A stretch of DNA of 15,632 nucleotides. It comes from a virus. The stretch covers positions 1 through 15,632 of the IMG/VR virus record IMGVR_UViG_3300027608_000303; one strand, 5' to 3'. The stretch's first letter is position 1, and each line of letters starts with the position of its first letter. Below are positions 1-6,345 of the stretch, piece after piece. The translations under genes and the position numbers were made by a program. Below the pieces are notes generated by a model, which searched no databases, had not been told where the DNA came from, and saw nothing but the letters and a program-made list of their open reading frames with translations.

Positions 1-127
1 ACTGCGTTGATCGCTGGTCGGTCAGAGATTGTGTTTGTCACAAACTCGTTTAGGTGCTGTGGCAAAGTTAGGCCAGTGTTTGTGCTGGTGTCGTCATCCG
101 CAGCACGAACGTACATTTTGGAATCAT
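1..127. repeat. Terminal overlap, copy 1 (identical to 15506-15632); marks circular closure of a 15,505-bp unit
   Basis: Compared base by base: 1-127 and 15506-15632 are the same 127-nt string, and both copies are cut by the window edges. The ORF interrupted at base 1 continues in frame from 15505. Confidence 0.9.
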
Positions 128-809
128 CATCGCCCATAGCGGCTTTGATGGAGTGATCTAGGTAGCTGATGCCATCTACGATCGGTGAGCGTGGCTTAGT
201 AAATGCCACTGGTGCGGCAGCCTGAACAACCGCGCTGGCGGTTACTTCATCGGCCGCTGGGGCGGTGTTTTCGGTTTCCACAATTATCTCCTGTGGTTCA
301 TCCTCTGCGGCTTGTTCCGCTTCGGTGGTTTCTGGGTCGAGTTCGTCATCAGCCTCGGTAGCTGCAACGCTCGCTATTTGAGCATCCTTAAATGCTGGGT
401 TTGTTACATGGGCAACGGCTTCTAGATTGGCTGCACTTACAACCATCACACCGCGCTGGATTGTGTATTCATTGACGGCTGCCTCAATGCTAAATGCCGG
501 GCGCAATCCCTCAGATGCTTCGACTAGTGCATCATTGCCAGCATTAGTAGGTGCAATTTTGAATGCCATTGAAACGCCAGCAGGGCTGACTTCTAAAGAC
601 TCCGCGACTCCGCGACCTAGGGGTCTGGTTCTGTCATGCTCGCTATTAAGAATTATTTGGCTTGGATCGATGTCACCAAACGCGCCAAACTCAAAGCGCA
701 CTGGACCAGCCGATGTATTGCCAACTTTAGAAAACGGGACCACCAAACCTCTGATAGTTCTGGTTTCAACTGATGCGGCCAAGACTTGGCCCTCAAAACT
801 AATTTGCAT
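1..809 (-). CDS. N-terminal part of a prohead protease - acidic linker - major capsid protein fusion ORF (continues at 15505 in the circular molecule; 516 aa in total)
   Basis: Absent from the ORF track because it runs off the window start. The minus-strand ATG at 809-807 is preceded by GAGAGGAAA. I checked every codon from 807 down to 3 and found no stop. The frame matches the 14764..15621 ORF (809-116 = 693 = 3 x 231). The translation starts MQISFEGQVLAASVETRTIRGLVVPFSKVG and includes LNSEHDRTRPLG, GLRPAFSIEAAV and LEAVAHVTNPAF. That pattern fits HK97-type prohead proteases (MEROPS S78 / Peptidase_S78). An acidic stretch follows: ATEADDELDPETTEAEQAAEDEPQEIIVETE. Confidence 0.85.
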   Translation of the reverse strand, partial: MQISFEGQVLAASVETRTIRGLVVPFSKVGNTSAGPVRFEFGAFGDIDPSQIILNSEHDRTRPLGRGVAESLEVSPAGVSMAFKIAPTNAGNDALVEASEGLRPAFSIEAAVNEYTIQRGVMVVSAANLEAVAHVTNPAFKDAQIASVAATEADDELDPETTEAEQAAEDEPQEIIVETENTAPAADEVTASAVVQAAAPVAFTKPRSPIVDGISYLDHSIKAAMGDDDSKMYVRAADDDTSTNTGLTLPQHLNEFVTNTISDRPAINA

Positions 810-1926
810 TTTCTGTGTTTCCTCTCGGTGCAAGATCCATTTCTTCACGCGCTTCTTCAACGTCAATTAGTCCGTAGTCGAGCATTTTGCCAAGAACTTC
901 AATCTGCTCTAGTGGGTTTCCGCGTAAGTAATCATCTAGATCAAATCTGACAACTTGGCCTCTTGGAGTTATGTCATTCATGCTTAGACGTTCAGATACA
1001 CACGACATAAACGGTTTAAGGCTAAAGTCCACAAGGCTGCGGCGTTCTTGACTTACGTTGGAATAAGTTGCGCTGGCTGATTCGGCGTTGATGTACCAGG
1101 CAGGGATGTTGCACATACGCGCAATTTCAGCTGCGGTGTTCAAGCGTGATTCCGTCAACTGCATTTGTCCGGCATCGTATCCAAAAGTCGTGACATCTAA
1201 TGGGCCAGATAGGTATGCGGTTGAGCGTGTGGCTCGGGCTTGCTTCCACTGGGCCAGTAGGCTCGACACCTGCTCTGGCGGTAGATCCACGCCACTATTC
1301 TTGATTACCATTGTCGGGTTTGGCTCGGCGGCCATTCGGCTGACTGCCTTTTCAAGTTCCAAAGCGGTTGAGATAGTGCGGCCACCTCGGTTGAGTATGC
1401 CCTCGTCAATACCGCTAAACATAATGAGCGAGCCAACCCCAGTTATTGGGGTTAAGTATCCGTCAAGGTAAAAACCGTTTACGATCTCATCGGTCATTGT
1501 GTCAGTTGTAAAAGTCACGCGCATTGGATCTACACGCCGAGCCTGTGTTGGTCGGCCATCCTCTGGGCTAGTTGCCAAAACAACCCAAAAGGCTTGCCCC
1601 TGAAATAATAAGTCCTCTACAGTCCACGCCATAGTGACCGCTAATGGCAACGCTGGGTCGGGTTGCTTAAGTATGCTGCGGCCCTCAACCTTTTCGCCTG
1701 TAATTTCGTTGTATGAGTTAAGGCCGAGTGTAGCAATCGTGCCAGCAATGATGTTTCGCGCCCGGGCAACTGCTGGAACTTGCATTGCATCGGATCGGCT
1801 TACGCGGATCATTGCTAATGGCGACCAAGAATCTTGGTAATAGGGTATCTGCACACCAGCCTTAGCAGCTGCTTTAATCTCTGTTTTTTCTTGGCTAGTG
1901 CCAAGCAAAAAATCTATGAATCCCAT
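799..1926 (-). CDS. Portal protein (HK97-family type)
   Basis: 375-aa ORF directly after the large terminase and directly before the protease. The length and sequence character resemble Phage_portal family proteins. Its stop overlaps the next gene's start by 11 nt. Confidence 0.85.
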   Translation of the reverse strand: MGFIDFLLGTSQEKTEIKAAAKAGVQIPYYQDSWSPLAMIRVSRSDAMQVPAVARARNIIAGTIATLGLNSYNEITGEKVEGRSILKQPDPALPLAVTMAWTVEDLLFQGQAFWVVLATSPEDGRPTQARRVDPMRVTFTTDTMTDEIVNGFYLDGYLTPITGVGSLIMFSGIDEGILNRGGRTISTALELEKAVSRMAAEPNPTMVIKNSGVDLPPEQVSSLLAQWKQARATRSTAYLSGPLDVTTFGYDAGQMQLTESRLNTAAEIARMCNIPAWYINAESASATYSNVSQERRSLVDFSLKPFMSCVSERLSMNDITPRGQVVRFDLDDYLRGNPLEQIEVLGKMLDYGLIDVEEAREEMDLAPRGNTENAN

Positions 1927-1928
1927 TT

Positions 1929-2000
1929 TGTCATTACACCATAGGCAAATGACATTCGTGTAATTTGTCAGGCTTTGTCACTTTGTTGCGCGTGTTGTCA
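1929..2000. promoter_or_regulatory. Cluster of TGTCA/TGACA pentamers in the terminase-portal spacer (candidate protein-binding sites or RNA hairpin)
   Basis: TGTCA occurs at 1929, 1966, 1976 and 1996 (spacings of 10 and 20 bp among the last three), and TGACA at 1950. TGTCATT (1929-1935) and AATGACA (1948-1954) form a 7-bp inverted repeat with a 12-nt spacer, ending 2 nt from the portal ATG on the minus strand. Confidence 0.4.
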
Positions 2001-2001
2001 C

Positions 2002-3465
2002 CTATGCGCTGACTATGCTCACACTTTGTTGTGGCTCGGTGGCGTGACCCACTGCCATGACCAAAGCGATTGCAGCTGTGATCGGTACTTGCGCGGCTCG
2101 TCTAGCAATACGCCATCCGCCATCCGATGCCGGGCGGCGAGCGCAACTGACCAAGTGGCTGTGCATAGTTTCTTGGGCAGGATGTAGCAGCTGCCGAGAT
2201 TGCATTGCGTTCATTGCCTGGTCACACATGATCGAAAATCCTGCCGAGTTCCAAGGCGTTGGCGCTGTCGGGATTCCAGCCTGGGCAAGTCTTGGCGCAA
2301 TGTAGCCAGCAGTATTGGGATCATAGGCCAGCACCCTTGGGCGATAGCGCCGAGTCAGTGCGGCTATTTCCCCAGCTAGTTCTAAGTCGTTAATGCCGCC
2401 CTCTTTTTTCCATTCGTGCAGAAATACGCCATACCCGTTTTCTCTCTGTTGCAAAGTAACCAGGCAAGCCAACTCCCGATTGAAATTGAGATCCATTGCC
2501 ATCCAAGTTGGCAACCCATCCTCAAGCATGATGTCGGCTTCGCATTCGTTCCATACCTGCATTGGCCAAGGCGAGTCGATAGCATCCACCCACATACAAA
2601 GGGTTTCAGTTTTGAACGCATCGGGTGAGTCAAAGGTCGCAGCATCCTTGATGTTTTGTTCGTTAATTGTGTAGCCCATTGCAGGGTTGGCCATTTTCCA
2701 GGCTTCGATGTCGTCAACCGATGAACCTGCTGCGGCGCTGTATTCGTAGTAGCCCATTCGATCACTGGCAAAGGTCAGGGCGCGGCGGCGTTGTTCGTTT
2801 AGCACATTGGAAGTTAGATCCCCAGCATTGGATGTCCAAAACACTTGGGCATTGGGTCTGGCTCGGGTAATGGGGGTGACGGCTGCCCAAGTTGCCTCGT
2901 CAATTTCTCGCAGCTCATCGACATAAAGTAAGTCGGCGGTGCTACCGCGTGGCCCCTCGGATGTTGCGGCTCGGATGGAATATTTGCGAATACGCTCACA
3001 CTTTTGCCCACATGACTTGGGGTAATGATGGCAGTAAACCTCTAACTCCTCTTGGCCGTTAGTTCGGGAAACTCGCTTGATCCGCTTGCGCATCCAGTCC
3101 AGGCTTTCGGCCATGTCGACTGTTTGCTTGAAAGTGTCCAGCGATAGTTGCCGAGTCTGCGACATGGCGATGGCATTCTTTTCACCAAAGACATACAGGC
3201 CAGCCAAGATCCGCATCCGCATCATGTGCGTTTTGCCATTCTGCCGGGCGACCAAAACTCCTACACTTGAACGCGCCCACTTGCCATTTGGCAGAATCTT
3301 TAGGGCATCATCCATGACGTGTTGTTGCCAGGGTAGGAGTGGGACTCCTAGTTCGTCAGCTAGTGCCGATACCACTGGCCCTGCGCTGGGCAGGTTTAGG
3401 CTTGGGCTTTCGATCCTTGGCTTCGATAAGCCGTAGATAGTTTCCGACATGATTAGTCCCGTCAT
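2002..3465 (-). CDS. Terminase large subunit
   Basis: 487-aa ORF with a Walker A-like LVARQNGKT and a Walker B-like LLYVDELREID, followed by a C-terminal nuclease-sized domain. It lies between the small terminase and the portal. The start is uncertain (ATG 3465, ATG 3450 or GTG 3375). Confidence 0.92.
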   Translation of the reverse strand: MTGLIMSETIYGLSKPRIESPSLNLPSAGPVVSALADELGVPLLPWQQHVMDDALKILPNGKWARSSVGVLVARQNGKTHMMRMRILAGLYVFGEKNAIAMSQTRQLSLDTFKQTVDMAESLDWMRKRIKRVSRTNGQEELEVYCHHYPKSCGQKCERIRKYSIRAATSEGPRGSTADLLYVDELREIDEATWAAVTPITRARPNAQVFWTSNAGDLTSNVLNEQRRRALTFASDRMGYYEYSAAAGSSVDDIEAWKMANPAMGYTINEQNIKDAATFDSPDAFKTETLCMWVDAIDSPWPMQVWNECEADIMLEDGLPTWMAMDLNFNRELACLVTLQQRENGYGVFLHEWKKEGGINDLELAGEIAALTRRYRPRVLAYDPNTAGYIAPRLAQAGIPTAPTPWNSAGFSIMCDQAMNAMQSRQLLHPAQETMHSHLVSCARRPASDGGWRIARRAAQVPITAAIALVMAVGHATEPQQSVSIVSA

Positions 3466-3733
3466 TTTCCTCGCCCTGTTTTCCTAGTGTTCGTGTTTCG
3501 ACTGTGAGATGCAACTGCTGTAAGACTTGTAAATACTTTGCCGCCAAAGGCGTGGCCTCTTTGAGATCGCCCATGTCAAAAGCAGTATCTAATGCCAAGG
3601 CGATCCGCCGGGCGAGAGTCATGGCCGCTACATCAGTTGGCGCGATCCAATTCGCTACCGACAATGCAGAATTCAACGATAGGTAGATGCCCATTGGTTT
3701 ATCCTCTGGCGCTTCTGGATTCTTTAAGGTCAT
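3356..3733 (-). CDS. Terminase small subunit (putative)
   Basis: 125-aa ORF between the HNH gene and the large terminase. It is helical and has a basic C-terminal tail (KDRKPKPKPAQRR). The call rests mainly on position. An ATGA overlap links it to the HNH stop. Confidence 0.6.
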   Translation of the reverse strand: MTLKNPEAPEDKPMGIYLSLNSALSVANWIAPTDVAAMTLARRIALALDTAFDMGDLKEATPLAAKYLQVLQQLHLTVETRTLGKQGEENDGTNHVGNYLRLIEAKDRKPKPKPAQRRASGIGTS

Positions 3734-4077
3734 GGCTTGGGCCTTTCGGTTGTGGGTGGATCAAATCTGACCAATCGGGGAGAAATAAGAGAAAGGGAGT
3801 CTGTGGGTGGCACGGCCCTAGAAAAAACGCCCCTATGGCTCTCTGTGGCTCTCTGGCGTGTGCTGTTGAACCGTGATGTCTTGGCCTTATGACACGGCTT
3901 ACACAATGGTTGCACGTTGTCTATAGTGTTACTGCCCCCAGCGGCTAACTCGATGATGTGATCCACCTCTGTTGCCCGGTCACCACACATCAAGCACGAC
4001 TTGCCCCATACTCTGAAACACGCAGTCCGTAGATTGCGCCATTGGGTGGTAGTTCCCTGACTATGCGCTCTACTCAT
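3730..4077 (-). CDS. HNH endonuclease
   Basis: Contains CLMCGDRATEVDHIIELAAGGSNTIDNVQPLCKPCHKAKT, which carries CxxC, the H-N-H residues and a second CxxC. Placement next to the terminase matches the HK97-like cos packaging arrangement. Confidence 0.9.
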   Translation of the reverse strand: MSRAHSQGTTTQWRNLRTACFRVWGKSCLMCGDRATEVDHIIELAAGGSNTIDNVQPLCKPCHKAKTSRFNSTRQRATESHRGVFSRAVPPTDSLSLISPRLVRFDPPTTERPKP

Positions 4078-4321
4078 GCCCAGCCATTATGTTGTAAGCA
4101 TCCATCAATCCTCGTTCGTATTTGTAGTTTGCTGGATGTATGTCAAGTATGTAATCAGTCAGCTTATCTAAGCGTTGTTTGTATGTTGCTTCAATGATGC
4201 TTGCTAATTCTTTTGCATCCTTGATCTGTTCTTGTAGTTGCGTATGATCTTTCCTTAGATACTCAACCATCGCTACATACTCCAAGAGTTCATCGTGCTT
4301 TACCTGCACCCATCTCGTCAT
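4070..4321 (-). CDS. Hypothetical small coiled-coil protein
   Basis: 83-aa ORF that overlaps the HNH start by 8 nt. The sequence is heptad-like and charged (LQEQIKDAKELASIIEATYKQRLDKL). By hand count it is ~40% GC, lower than neighbouring genes. The Shine-Dalgarno is weak. Confidence 0.65.
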   Translation of the reverse strand: MTRWVQVKHDELLEYVAMVEYLRKDHTQLQEQIKDAKELASIIEATYKQRLDKLTDYILDIHPANYKYERGLMDAYNIMAGHE

Positions 4322-4690
4322 GATTTAGATCGTAACCTATACTTGCCACCCGAGCCGATAGGTGAGCAGGGAATGGCATTGAGTCAAGCCACTCGCCACC
4401 GTCACCGCGTAGGTTTGATTGGTCATGGGTGCTTTCGCACAATCGCGCCGTGTGCCTTAGTGCTGGGTGTTTTGATGCCAGGCGATTCGTGTTGACATCA
4501 GCTGCTAAGGCTCGCATTTCTGCTATTTCATGGGCTTATCAATCCATGCCGAGATACGCCATCTGACGGCGGTTCACCCGAGGATTGGTCGGGCATTAGT
4601 TATACTCTTAACTAGAGTGTTGAGGCTCACGATGTTAGCATCGTTATGAACGGCACGCGGTTCTTTCTTGGGATCCGCGTGTCGTTTGTT
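4322..4690. other. Largest non-coding region (369 bp); candidate cos / late promoter / structured RNA region
   Basis: No convincing ORF in any frame. The core is ~58% GC (hand count of 4341-4460), while the flanking genes are ~40-42% GC. It contains a perfect TTGACA (4492-4497, plus strand), TATACT (4601-4606, plus strand) and three consecutive hairpins. Confidence 0.6.
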
Positions 4691-4692
4691 TT
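4654..4692. terminator. Stem-loop directly after the last early gene; the T-tract is on the plus-strand side
   Basis: CACGCGG (4654-4660) pairs with CCGCGTG (4675-4681), and further imperfect pairs form in the 14-nt interior. On the plus strand it is followed by TCGTTTGTTTT (4682-4692). On the minus strand it starts 9 nt after the TAA of the 4691..4981 gene. Confidence 0.5.
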
Positions 4693-4981
4693 AAATCAAA
4701 TCTGCTGGTCCTAGTTTTTCGTAAAACTTTTCCCAATTACCACAGCAATGTGTCACCCACATACGCTCATTAGTATCAGGATCAACACCGAAATCAACTG
4801 GTTCAAGTATCTTGGCGCACTGTGGGCATGACTGTGGCAAGTTTTGAGCTGCTAGATAATGACCTCGTATCTTGCCCTCAATACTTGCCCAAACTGCATC
4901 GCTTGAAATTGGTTCTTTCATTATGTTTTCCAATACCCTTTCGATCTCATCCACGATTTTGCCATTTCTCACAAAAGTCAC
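4691..4981 (-). CDS. Hypothetical small Cys-rich (zinc-ribbon-like) protein
   Basis: 96-aa ORF with a GTG start at 4981 (an internal ATG at residue 21 is also possible). It carries CPQC and, 24 residues later, HCC. About 42% GC by hand count. Confidence 0.6.
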   Translation of the reverse strand: MTFVRNGKIVDEIERVLENIMKEPISSDAVWASIEGKIRGHYLAAQNLPQSCPQCAKILEPVDFGVDPDTNERMWVTHCCGNWEKFYEKLGPADLI

Positions 4982-5034
4982 ACGGCTTGCCTATGTATAC
5001 CCATCCACCGCAACCACAGCGCATGATGTCAGCA

Positions 5035-5409
5035 TCAGTTCCCATCGAATAACCTCACTTGCTCTTGTACCTGTCCACCGCGCCACACTGCCAACATTCG
5101 GCGATGGCTTGACTTGCGGTCTGCCGGGCGTTCCCCACATCGCCAGATCATGCCAGATCGAGCAACTGTGTTAAAGGCCGCCCCAATGACTTTGCCTGAT
5201 CCGCCTGGTGCGCCGATCTCGTTGACTACATCCTCGGCTGTAAAGGGTTTACCAGTGCGAGCCATTTGACGTATGCAGATTACGGCTTCGTTGTGCCAGT
5301 TCAGCTGTGATTCCTTAGCAATGGTTATGCCCTCGGCTTTGCCCATGATTCCCTGATGCCGACAGATCGCGCAAAACTTAGGCGCATCTGCACCATGTTC
5401 GCAGATCAC
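5035..5409 (-). CDS. Hypothetical DNA-binding-like protein with an N-terminal CEHG...CAIC zinc motif
   Basis: The track ORF is 5035..5433. A GTG at 5409 forms a GTGA overlap with the upstream stop and follows GGGA, so I prefer it as the start. The C-terminal half (FTAEDVVNEIGAP...VIGAAFNTVARSGMI...SSHRRMLAVWRG) resembles winged-helix-type segments I recall from actinophage proteins of unknown function. Confidence 0.6.
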   Translation of the reverse strand: MICEHGADAPKFCAICRHQGIMGKAEGITIAKESQLNWHNEAVICIRQMARTGKPFTAEDVVNEIGAPGGSGKVIGAAFNTVARSGMIWRCGERPADRKSSHRRMLAVWRGGQVQEQVRLFDGN

Positions 5410-5960
5410 GAGCGATCCCAAATGGCCGCGCATCGCTCGCCCTCGCCACCCACTGGGCAGACATAGCCAGCGTAGGGTGTGCCATCTTTCTTTAGGCCGG
5501 TCTTACGGCGCATTGGCCCATGCTTACATTCCGGAACGCTCAAGTCAGGCTCATCAACTAATGCCCAAGGGTCAACATCTTTTGGCTTTGCTGGCCCAGG
5601 TGCTTGACGATCCTTAGCTGCTTGCACCTCTTGTTTGGATGCAATGCCCTTTGATAACCCAAGCCCTAACGCCGCCAGGCAACGCCCCCAGGCTGATGTT
5701 TCAAGATTCTGGAGTTCACTGCCCCGAGTGTATGGAGTTTTGCCCTCGATCAGTTCGGCGGCTGTGCCTATGCCTGGTCGTTCATCGTCTGGTGTCCGGT
5801 ATGCGTAAGCGATGCCCCACATCATCAAAGGCGATCCCTCAAGTATTCCCTTGAATTCAAATTGCAATGAACCTTGGGGAAAAGTTTTATAGAATTCTTG
5901 AATTCTTTCTTGCACCGTTGTATATGATTCCAAATCAAATGCCATCAGATTTTCCGCCAT
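5406..5960 (-). CDS. Hypothetical protein with a C-terminal CKHG...C...C zinc ribbon; possible ssDNA-binding/annealing role (weak)
   Basis: 184-aa ORF. An alternative ATG at 5945 forms a TGATG overlap with the upstream stop. The segment LETSAWGRCLAALGLG loosely recalls Rad52/Sak-type annealing proteins, but I cannot confirm this by eye. The C-terminus reads PECKHGPMRRKTGLKKDGTPYAGYVCPVGGEGERC. Confidence 0.6.
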   Translation of the reverse strand: MAENLMAFDLESYTTVQERIQEFYKTFPQGSLQFEFKGILEGSPLMMWGIAYAYRTPDDERPGIGTAAELIEGKTPYTRGSELQNLETSAWGRCLAALGLGLSKGIASKQEVQAAKDRQAPGPAKPKDVDPWALVDEPDLSVPECKHGPMRRKTGLKKDGTPYAGYVCPVGGEGERCAAIWDRS

Positions 5961-6130
5961 CCATCAGAGATCATCTCATCCTCGATTGTGCGTTGACCTT
6001 GCGCCCATCGGCGGTAGTCAAGTTCCTTGCGCCTTAGTGACTGCTCTTGGTGATTATTCTCTATTGCTACACCGACAACTAAACCGATGATAAAGAATAA
6101 GCCAAAGCCTAAAATCGTTAATAGTCCCAT
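5945..6130 (-). CDS. Small membrane protein (one N-terminal TM helix, charged C-terminus)
   Basis: 61 aa, with LLTILGFGLFFIIGLVVGVAI followed by a charged tail. A good RBS (AAAGGAAACAGGGC) precedes the ATG. Confidence 0.65.
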   Translation of the reverse strand: MGLLTILGFGLFFIIGLVVGVAIENNHQEQSLRRKELDYRRWAQGQRTIEDEMISDGWRKI

Positions 6131-6145
6131 GCCCTGTTTCCTTTT

Positions 6146-6292
6146 CTATTTATCGAGATCGCTGGCTTTGTATCTCTTAACGCCGCCAATGCGTTTGGGC
6201 TTTAATGCCCCTGACTTTTCCCACCTGATAAGTGTGCGTTCACTTACCCGCAGTTTGTCAGCTGCCTCTTTAGCGGTTAGATACTTATCCAT
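6146..6292 (-). CDS. Helix-turn-helix DNA-binding protein (MerR/excisionase-like HTH_17 type), 48 aa
   Basis: Below the track length cut-off, so translated by hand: MDKYLTAKEAADKLRVSERTLIRWEKSGALKPKRIGGVKRYKASDLDK. The ATG at 6292-6290 is preceded by AAGGAAAGGGA, and the stop TAG is at 6146-6148. The pattern (L)T..EAA..L.VS.RT(L).W...G is classic for this HTH family. Confidence 0.8.
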   Translation of the reverse strand: MDKYLTAKEAADKLRVSERTLIRWEKSGALKPKRIGGVKRYKASDLDK

Positions 6293-6309
6293 ACGATCCC
6301 TTTCCTTAG

Positions 6310-6343
6310 TGACATACTATGACAATACCTGACATAGTATCTA
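6310..6343 (-). promoter_or_regulatory. Candidate early promoter overlapping a 27-bp near-palindromic operator
   Basis: TGACA occurs at 6310, 6320 and 6330, an exact 10-bp phasing. Bases 6314-6340 form an imperfect palindrome (ATACTATGaCA...TGaCATAGTAT), with 10 of 13 positions matched per arm. On the minus strand the region reads TAGATA (6343-6338), an 18-nt spacer, then TAGTAT (6319-6314), about 20 nt upstream of the HTH gene ATG. Confidence 0.45.
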
Positions 6344-6345
6344 GG

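Noticed and set aside
427-870. Plus-strand 147-aa ORF, and the similar plus-strand ORFs at 1088-1471, 1634-1840, 1975-2305, 2393-2870, 3077-3436 and 3504-3876
   Set aside because: All lie antisense to long minus-strand ORFs that carry recognisable phage motifs. They have odd compositions, no ribosome-binding sites that I could see, and would break the strict one-strand organisation.
4290-4517. 75-aa minus-strand ORF, and the 66-aa plus-strand ORF (4295-4495), inside the non-coding block
   Set aside because: There is no Shine-Dalgarno before either start. Both have an Arg/His/Ala-rich random-looking composition. The minus ORF overlaps the next gene's start by 32 nt in another frame. I kept the region as non-coding, with moderate uncertainty.
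4560-4600. Possible tRNA (GGTTCACCCGAGG resembles a T-arm)
   Set aside because: I could not build an acceptor stem, D-arm or anticodon arm around it. The local CCCGA/TCGGG hairpin is only 5 bp.
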